A model generated the notes under the pieces. The model was not told the DNA's origin. It searched no databases and was given only the letters and a program-made list of their open reading frames with translations. Both the position numbers and the translations under genes were made by a program. A stretch of 64,000 nt of DNA from positions 328,476,001 through 328,540,000 of the forward strand of contig OZ024741.1 in assembly GCA_964016885.1 (NCBI GenBank), in the 5' to 3' direction. The DNA comes from Eledone cirrhosa (Eukaryota). Below, one piece after another: positions 55,210 through 64,000 of the stretch; the stretch's first letter is position 1; each line of letters opens with the position of its first letter.

Positions 55210-55724
55210 GTCACCAGTTGGTGCAACTGGTAACATGTATCCCAGTACAACCTGTCTCAAAACCTGTCAAAGAGCAAAGGAGCTCTTAAAAGTCAATGGC
55301 CATCCAAAATCACCGGGAGAGATGACACCTTAGCCTTTGTCAAGACAGAATTCTAGGAGAAGGAAAACTCTGATATAACACCTGCAACTCTGATGGTATA
55401 CAATGATGTTGACTTGTTCTTCTTTTTGGTAAATATCATCTTGGTTAAGAGAGTGGGACTGGCTTTGTGCAGTGCCTTTGCTCACTATAAAAGCTTCACG
55501 GCACAGGCATTGCTTTATGTCTGGAGATCTCTCTGCACTTGTCGTCACATGGTACCATGGGCCCAGCACTATGTATCAATAATTGTCACAAGTGTAGTGT
55601 TTGTACCAGAGTTTTCAAGTCGCTGGCTGGACTAAAAAGTCACACTCGTTCAGCGCATCGGTAGGAGTTCTCCTACATGGATATAAAGTAGTGGCCGTAC
55701 TCGAAAACGAGTTGGCAGCCACCA
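55210..55724 (+). mobile_element. Repeat family D copy with 5' internal deletion
   Basis: Nearly identical to 62590-63196 apart from a missing ~85-90-nt segment. Ends GCAGCCACCA. Confidence 0.85.
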
Positions 55725-55748
55725 TGTATATATGTATGTATACATATT

Positions 55749-55786
<38 letters not shown>

Positions 55787-55788
<2 letters not shown>

Positions 55789-56077
55789 AAGAAAAAGAGA
55801 TGAAATCGAAAATGCAACTGGAGTCTTATTTTTTTTTTAAATATACATATTTATTTGGTTCCTTTATCGGTTTCGCAGTTCTTCTGCTTTTCAAAAGGTG
55901 AGTTGAGATGGAGGGTCTGTGGTTTTTCTCAGTGAGAAAAACCACAGACCCTCCATCTCAACTCACCTTTTGAAAAGCAGAAGAACTGCGAAACCGATAA
56001 AGGAACCAAATAAATATATATATTTTTAGTAAAAATAAGACTCCAGTTGCATTTTCGATTTCATCTCTTTTTCTTTA
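55787..56077. repeat. Near-perfect 291-bp palindrome of family E (1-nt centre at 55932)
   Basis: Arms 55787-55931 and 55933-56077 are reverse complements apart from a few mismatches in the AT-rich part. Confidence 0.95.
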
Positions 56078-56959
56078 TACTTTCACTCGTGTAGGACACC
56101 TCGGTTATTTTTCATTTTGTAAAAAAAACCTCACTTTCTAATATATATATGTATATATATATATATGTGTGTGTATACATATTTACATATATATATATAT
56201 ATATAAACACGTATGAAGTGTGTATGTATATATGTGTGTGTGTATATGCATGTATGTTTGTATATCTGTATAAAGGAGCCTTTTCATATACCACGGCATT
56301 GATTACGTCACATCTTTTGGATTCAATGCAGATGTCATTTACATCCGGCTTATCCAAATACCATGACCTTTCTAGAGAACACAGACAGAGGTTGGACATT
56401 GCCACAGTAAATGCATAGGAAATGGCTTCTAATACATATTTGAATTCTAATGAAAAGCAGTACTAGCATTCGAATACTGTTGTATGATATTATATAAGTT
56501 GCTTGAAAGACATAGCATTTCGGATTGAAATAAATTATTGCTATTTTAAATATCACAATCGGAAGGAAAGCATCACGCCTGAAGAAGCCGCTACATAAGG
56601 TGGAATTGCCGATGTAGTGGAAGATATTACTTATTTCACGAAATGCAACTGCGATGTACCGTTCAACCAAAGACCTAAAGTTCGTCCCACCATTTAATTT
56701 GTGTGTGAGTAGGGGGGGGGGGGGGTTTAAATATTTTTGTTTTTTATTACTTTTACGAATTGTACTCGAAACAATAAATATACAACACCAAAATATATAT
56801 TAAATTTAGCGTTCTATTATATTGAACTTAAAGATGCGCGTGGCTTAGTGGTTAGGATGTTTGGCTAATGACCTTAGGTCTTGTTTCACATTGCTCTGAT
56901 TTACACAGCCTGACAACAATGAGTTTTACCTGTTATTCAACTTGTCTCCTAACGTATCA

Positions 56960-57286
56960 TTCAGTATCGGTAGAGAGTCGGACACCATGCTTTGACGCAT
57001 AGAATTACGGCCCTTACCATTCTGAGTTCAAATCCCGCCGAGGTTAACTTTGCCTTTCATCCTTACGGGGTCGATAAAATAAAGTACCAGTAATGTACTG
57101 GATAATTGCTGGCCTTGTGCCTAAAATAGAAACAATTATTAATCTCTTTGAAATCTGAGTTCAAATCCCGTCGAGGTTAACTTTGCCTTTCATCCTTACG
57201 GGGTCGATAAAATAAAGTACCAGTAATGCACTGGGTTATTGCTGGCCTTGTGCCAAAAGAAGAAATAATTATTAATCTCTTTGAAA
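56960..57286 (+). mobile_element. SINE S1: one full copy plus a tandem 5'-truncated copy
   Basis: TCTGAGTTCAAATCCCG..ATTATTAATCTCTTTGAAA occurs twice in tandem. Confidence 0.88.
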
Positions 57287-57749
57287 ATTACGTTAATGAT
57301 ATACATGTCTGCATATATACAGCTGCCCCACGTTAATTTTTTGAGCAGGCTGCTCCGTTGGTTAAACGAACGAAACTCCTGTCACCAGAATTGACGGAGG
57401 TTGGACACACTCACAGGGAAAAAATGGTTATTTATAGAAGGATTAGTATGTAATTTAATATAATTATTAGGTTTGGGAATCACAAAATCTTGCAGGAAAC
57501 TGGTATGGGAAAACCAGCTGAAGGAGCGTGGTAACGCATTCTTATTTAGCCTCTCATAAGCGGTTTCTGTAGGTACAAATTGTTATAGCTCAATGTCATG
57601 TTACCTGTGGTTGGGGTGTGGCAATGACGATATAAGAGTATGGGTTTTATTGCAGTGAGCTATGTTTTGAGCAAGATGCTTCAGTTTACGTTTTAATGGT
57701 AGGAATGGAATCCTCATCATTTTAACACTCAAAATATAGCTTGGTAGAG

Positions 57750-57980
57750 AGCCAGCTAAACCTGCATAAGCGAGAGCTGTAATACATCTGCGCATGATAG
57801 GACTGTGGTGGATATCATTAAAACAGGCTAGAAACTGCTTGAGATGGTAAACGTCCCAGCGATGCCGCCTTGTAGGAGGCCAGCTAATCCTGCATAGTTG
57901 AGACCTGTAATACAAGTGTGTATGATAGGACTGTGATGCATATCATTAAAACACCCCAGAAACCGCCTGAGATGGTAGAT
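57750..57980. repeat. Diverged ~128-bp tandem duplication
   Basis: GCCAGCTAA.CCTGCATA..CTGTAATACA..ATGATAGGACTGTG..ATATCATTAAAACA..TGAGATGGTA twice. Confidence 0.8.
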
Positions 57981-58574
57981 CTGCCTTGGTGCGAGCTGTA
58001 CATTTCATTTCATTTTCAGCACCACTTATCTCTCAAGTAGTCAAGGAATTACGTTACTGGAATAGTTATTAAGATTGAAAGAAATATCTATTCAATTTCA
58101 ATGTAGTAATTGTAGAAGTGACTAGAGCTTGTTTAAAACTTAGCATTACACCATTGAAATGTTGTTGACAGCTGAGTTAATAGTATCCTAGACCTGTCTG
58201 AAAGACATAAATATCTATAATCCATATCGGAAACCCCATTGTATTTCAAATGAATATTAAACTATACCGATCTATTATATCACGTATATTATAAAATTGT
58301 AGAATATTTAACGGTGATAAGCAATAGATTGTATGGATGCTGGCACAATCACTGATGGTTGATATATCCGGAATTGTCAGTATACAATTCTGTACCCAAA
58401 GTATGTCTGTTCAAACTACACATATGCTAAATTCGCTTAGAGCTGGCAGATTGACGTGGGTCGGCTAAAACGTTCATCAGCTGATTATGAATGGCTGATG
58501 CTAGAGCTGTAAAATATTGCGTACATTAACTTAATATCTTCTTATTAACAACTGCATTATTTCTTTTTATGGTA

Positions 58575-58672
58575 TATGTTGAAAATTAAACCGCATTTGG
58601 TACTTCCATGAAAGTATCTTAGTCACCTTAGGAACGTTTCAGCCTATGAACTTTTCAGCCAACTCTTGTATA
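58575..58672 (-). mobile_element. Possible Tc1/mariner terminal fragment
   Basis: Minus: TA-CAAGAGTTGGCTGAAAAGTTCATAGGCTGA..TTTTCAACATA resembles mariner TIR plus subterminal sequence (recalled pattern). No partner TIR seen. Confidence 0.45.
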
Positions 58673-59109
58673 CTAGCGATGAACTTGAGAAGATAGAGCC
58701 CCCAGAGATTTTGACGATTAGATGTCAGTAGTTTGATCAATAAAGCGCCCAGCGGAACGTGGATTAACATATAAAAGATTGAGAATTCCATAAACAAGTA
58801 GTCCATTAAACTAATTCTCGTGTTGGATCGCCATTTGGACAATGGATGAGAGTGAAATATATGTTGGTAATGATGAAATTTTATCCTCGATGCACGACAA
58901 TGATAACAGGAATAAATATGGGTTTCGATTGGGGAATCTTACACTGTACATTAATTTCACAAAAGTTTCAATCTGATAGAAATATATAACACGTAGTTGA
59001 ATTCATCTCATCATAAAGAACGAATGCGAAATTGAGCTAAACATACATCGGTAAAACTACTTTTATTTGACTGTCACGGATTCTTTTTTTTTAATGCCTA
59101 AAATAACGG

Positions 59110-59310
59110 GGCTTGTTCGACATCTTCCTTTTCGTATCAGCCGCTGCCGATACCTTTTGTGTCCTTGGTCCCACCACTGTCAATTTCCTCCACAAAATTG
59201 AAAAGACAACAGCTCGACTGAGGAAGGAGCCCCATGAGGTTGTGTTGTGTGACTTTTGCAGCGTGTCTCGCTGGCCGTTCTTCGTCGCAATGCCTTCGCT
59301 ATTCTGCCTG
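59110..59310 (+). pseudogene. CRE-like LINE C-terminal restriction-like endonuclease fragment
   Basis: FLFVSAAADTFCVLGP..FLHKI..EPHE then LLQRVSLAVLRRNAFAIL, matching the FxPxAxETxG..QRISxAxQRGNA pattern. Confidence 0.7.
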
Positions 59311-59724
59311 TGGGTACGGTCGATTCACCACTCAGGCTGGGGTGTAAAGTCTCTCCACTCCTGTCTCTCTCGCTCCCTTTATTTCATTCCTTCATTCTCA
59401 TATTTTTATTGTTCTTCTTTCCCTTTCGGTTGATGAAGTTATGAGTTCAGTACCAAATTTCCATATAGGCTACGTGGGATTAAAACATAGATACAATCCT
59501 AAATGCTAATGCGTAATTAATTTTCTATTAAAATACAATTTTGTTTCTGTGTTATATTATAGGCCACATGTTAAAATGTCTTGCAGCTCATATAGTTATT
59601 AAGGATCTTATTTGTATCAATTAAGACCATGCCGAAAACAACATCTTACATTTATGAGACACACATTTAAGGATTTCCAATCAAACATGATAGATACCAA
59701 AATTCAGAATCTTAAATTATGCAG

Positions 59725-59885
59725 AGTATCATCATCATTATCATCATCGACCCCAATTGTCTGCAATGTCCTCCAATCACGCCTGTCCTCCACCATTTTG
59801 GTCGACTCACAGTGTCTCTTGTCGGTCATTGAACAGATGTCATTCATCCAGCACCTTCTAGAGCGCCCGTGTACCCTGCTGCATG
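59725..59885 (-). mobile_element. RTE-like LINE 3' end with (GAT)n tail
   Basis: HGRSRRCWMNDI..MVEDRRDWR followed by GATGATGATAATGATGATGAT. Confidence 0.7.
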
Positions 59886-60046
59886 GCACACGTGCATGTA
59901 TTACAGTGCTAAACCATCTCAAATTCTTGGCTGCCTCCTTCCTCTGCTACCTGGCACAAGTCTATGTATTACAGTGCTAAACTTTCTCAAATTACTGGTG
60001 TCCCTCTTCCCATGTTGCCTGGTTCAAGACCATGTCTTACAGTGCT
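59880..60046. repeat. 68-bp tandem repeat, ~2.5 units
   Basis: ATGT(A/C)TTACAGTGCT at 59896, 59964 and 60032. Confidence 0.85.
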
Positions 60047-60224
60047 TGCTGGTTCCAAATTCTCAAGAATTATACAGTTACGAAAATTCGGTACGTTCAC
60101 AATATGTCAGACAACTGATTTCTAAAGATGGGAAAGTGCGGAAAAAAATGACAAGAAGGAAAGCATTGAGTACAAGCTTCAAAGTGACGGTATAAATCAT
60201 CTAGAGTAAGCATTAAAAACCATA

Positions 60225-60560
60225 TTCCTAGTTTGTCTGACCGGTTTCTTTTCGTACCGGTCGCCGCCGACGCCCGCGCACTGCCGATTTCTTCTGCAAC
60301 ATTGGAAAAAGTGTAGCCCACGTGAGGAACGAACCCCATGACCATACAACCATGCTTGCTTCCATTGGTTTAACCATTTCTTAATATGCTGTTGCTGGTT
60401 TTATTTTCGGACCGGTCGCGGCTGAGACCCTCGCACTTCCGAATTCCTCAGCAAAATTAGAAACAGAGTAGCCTACCTGCAAAACGAACCCCATAACCAC
60501 ACAACCATGCTGGTACCAATTTGTTTGACCTAACCATTGCTTGATATGCTGTTGATGTTT
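60225..60560 (+). repeat. Tandem duplication built on a CRE-like fragment
   Basis: SLSDRFLFVPVAAD..DFFCNIGKSVAHVRNEPHD resembles 59110-59240. Second diverged unit at ~60397-60556. Confidence 0.55.
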
Positions 60561-61462
60561 TTTTTCTTTTCTCAGTGAACTACTTTAGCCAATTGTACCG
60601 AAAATTAAAAGTTACATCCAAGATTTTTTTCTTGTAATTTGTGTCAGTAAACTGCTTGTTTCTATCTCTGAATAGCTTTGAACATAGCGTACAACTTATT
60701 GGAGTAGTTCACCGAAGGAAAAAATAATAAGTATAATAAGTATAAAAAATAACAAATAACAAATAATGCAAAATCACTAAAAAGAAAAGACTGCTGTCTA
60801 ATGACTCAAAACCAATAACAGAATTTTAAAAAAACATAAAAGAATAATAGAATGAAGAGACAAAAATTAGAGCCTGTCTTATGAAATATTTTTCCTAAAT
60901 AAATATTTACCCGCTTAGTCTAGTCGAAGATGTCTGTTTACGGTATTACCATATATGGCCAGAAAACACGGCCAATTACCATCTTTGTGTTATTGCATTT
61001 TACTTTTATTATCATTATTATTTTTTTTTACTGACCGTTTGATATTTCTTTCTCTTCTCTGTTTCATTACTATTTTGATTTTTGTTAATTCTTTCATATT
61101 TTTTTTCCTTAAACCACACAATTTTTTCCCCTGACCCGACACGAAATTAATATATGATAAATGATGATACATCAGTCATGTTCGGTGGAAACGCAATTCC
61201 ATCAAATATTTTCTAAATTAACCAGTCGTGCTTCAGTCCTATCTGATTAATCATGATTTCATAGAATTCCAACCGGAGACCAATGATATTATTGTTGTTT
61301 TGTTGTTTTGTTGTTTTCTTTTTTTTTGTTGTTGTTATGGAATTTATCTTTTATCCTTTCTAATCTTCTTAAAGCTGAGCAAGCAGTCATCTGATTTTGC
61401 CAAATAAACACTCTTACAGTTATTCACAATCATTACATATATATATATATGCGTATATATGC

Positions 61463-61569
<107 letters not shown>

Positions 61570-61580
61570 CATATATATAC

Positions 61581-61636
<56 letters not shown>

Positions 61637-61827
61637 ATGTCTATATATGTATACATATATATATATATATACATGTGTGTATATATATATATATATATAT
61701 GTAATTTCATTTATTACCTTTATTTTCGATCGTATTATATTTCTACTTTCATACTATCTCTGGCCTCATTGATTTATCATATAAAAACACACACTTACAT
61801 ATAGACACACATGCACATACGCACACA

Positions 61828-61859
<32 letters not shown>

Positions 61860-61868
61860 TACACACGC

Positions 61869-61899
<31 letters not shown>

Positions 61900-62262
61900 T
61901 ATACATACATTATATATATATATATATACATAATAACGTACAAATACATACATATTTATATTGGCATTTTTATGAGACTATCTTCTATTTTCTCATTTTT
62001 CTGGTAATTTTGGCAAATGTCACGTAGAATTTTAGAATTATGAGTAGATATATCGTATATACTAAATATATGCTAAATGGATTTATTGTTGATTAAACGA
62101 ATGAAGGAAATAATTGCCATATTATAGACATCACTGGTGTGGTAGAAAGGTACGTTTGTGAACCATTATGTTTAGAAATATGAATAGCTTTCAGTAGCAG
62201 ACATGTGACAAAGAACGACCAACAAATGTCACTCAACTCACCAAATTCTTTTCTCTCTCTCA

Positions 62263-62328
<66 letters not shown>

Positions 62329-62543
62329 TTCTCTCTCTCCCTCGCTTTCCCCCTCTCTCTCACTCCCTTTCTCTCCGATTACTTAATATACCGACTATCT
62401 CATCTCAATGAGAAGATACCTAAAAATATCTACATTAGAGAATCACATAAATATAGAATAACTTCAACGACAGCATTCTACCCGTTGAGACTTTACATCA
62501 GTTATTCTCTATTTCCCTATATATATATATGTATGTATGTATG

Positions 62544-62582
<39 letters not shown>

Positions 62583-62589
62583 GTGTGTG

Positions 62590-63193
62590 TCAGGTCACCA
62601 GTTGGTGCTACTGGTAACATGTCTCCCAGTACAAGCTGCCTCATGGTCGGGTCGTTGGCGACTAAACTGGCAACGCCACCAAGGTTTCTTGGTGAGGAGG
62701 GTGACTTGGACATCCTGAAGTACTAAAAACAAAACCTGTCAAAGGGCAAAGGAGCTCTTAAGAGTCAATGGCCATCAAAAATCACCGGGAGAGATCACCC
62801 CTTAGCCTTTGTCAAGACATATTTCTAGGAGAAGGAAAACTCTGATATAACACCTGCAACCCTGATGGTATCCAATGATGTTGACTTGTTCTTCTTTTTG
62901 GTAAATATCATCTTGGTTAAGAGAGTGGGACTGGCTTTGTGCAGTGCCTTTGCTCGCTATAAAAGCTTCACGGCACAGGCATTGCTTTATATCTGGAGAT
63001 ATCTCTGCACTTGTCGTCACATGGTACCATGGGCCCAGCACTATGTATCAATAATTGTCACAAATGTAGTGTTTGTACCAGAGTTTTCAAGTCGCTGGCT
63101 GGACTAAAAAGTCACACTCGTTCAGCGCATCGGTAGGGGTTCTCGTACATTGATATAAAGTAGTGGCCGTACTCGAAAACGAGTTGGCAGCCA

Positions 63194-63196
<3 letters not shown>
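62590..63196 (+). mobile_element. Repeat family D, longest copy
   Basis: Starts TCAGGTCACCAGTTGGTGCTACTGG after (TG)n and ends GCAGCCACCA(TA)n. Confidence 0.85.
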
Positions 63197-63232
<36 letters not shown>

Positions 63233-63455
63233 TTTACATATATATATACATACGTATACATGTACGTGTTTTGCAACTGGTCACTTTGTGGCTCAATGAA
63301 AAATTAATAAATTAAACAATCAGAGCTATATATCATAAAACATGTCTATAGAATTACAAGATATATATATATATAAGGAAGGTAGTGGGGTAAGGAACCA
63401 GGTGGCCCATAACTTACCAGAGTACTTGATACTTAAGGTAGTAGAGTGGGTAAAG

Positions 63456-63699
<244 letters not shown>

Positions 63700-64000
63700 T
63701 ATATATATAAATTTTAGTACAGCATTAACAAAGCTTTAGATCGCGGCAAAGCTAACGAATGCAAATTCGGTATGTAGATTTAGCACTCGGATGGGGAAAA
63801 GTACTCCAGAGTAATAACAATACATTTAGATAGCTTAGCAAATCAAATATAGCGAGCGGCAGTCCAGCCGCATCACCAGAGCAACGAAAATACAGGACTC
63901 AGGAAAAGATTTTATAAATAGTAATGCAGGAGATTACTTCATTTTCTCCTATCTCATATGTATAATAAAATATAATTATTGTGGTTAATGTAATATTTTT

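Noticed and set aside
56270-56700. Complex sequence that looks like decayed coding DNA
   Set aside because: Stops in the frames I examined and no motif I can recognise; a BLASTX search would be needed.
62600-62710. HDV-like or twister ribozyme assignment for the family D 5' end
   Set aside because: I could not assign P1/P1.1/P2 of the HDV fold or the twister pseudoknots consistently across copies; kept only as an unclassified structured-RNA candidate.

Overview
Eukaryotic, AT-rich, microsatellite-saturated non-genic DNA ((TA)n, (TG)n, (AG)n). The repeat repertoire resembles a cephalopod (octopus-like) genome; this is inference from recalled SINE and LINE sequences, not a database result. I found no convincing host exon. 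The window is a mosaic of mobile elements: (i) at least six Penelope-like element (PLE) remnants, five of one type (YRDD RT and/or CxC-x5-C linker and C-terminal GIY-YIG nuclease), one of which is disrupted only by a homopolymer frameshift; (ii) an uninterrupted 879-aa RTE-type LINE ORF sitting inside (TA)n; (iii) a Tx1/L1-like LINE and fragments of R4/Dong-, CRE- and RTE-like LINEs; (iv) several Helitron pieces with hairpin-CTAG ends; (v) two tRNA-derived SINE families. The most notable hidden layer is about nine sequence-unrelated short repeats that each fold into a type I hammerhead-ribozyme geometry (stem I, core, stem II, GAAA, stem III, NUH). Some have the canonical CUGAUGA core. Several multi-copy families carry a fixed non-canonical core (CAGAAGA, UUGAAAA, CUCGA), and many copies occur as inverted pairs or palindromes. 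A separate (TA)n-embedded non-autonomous family without a tRNA head has a structured 5' end. All structures were folded by eye and need computational and biochemical confirmation.
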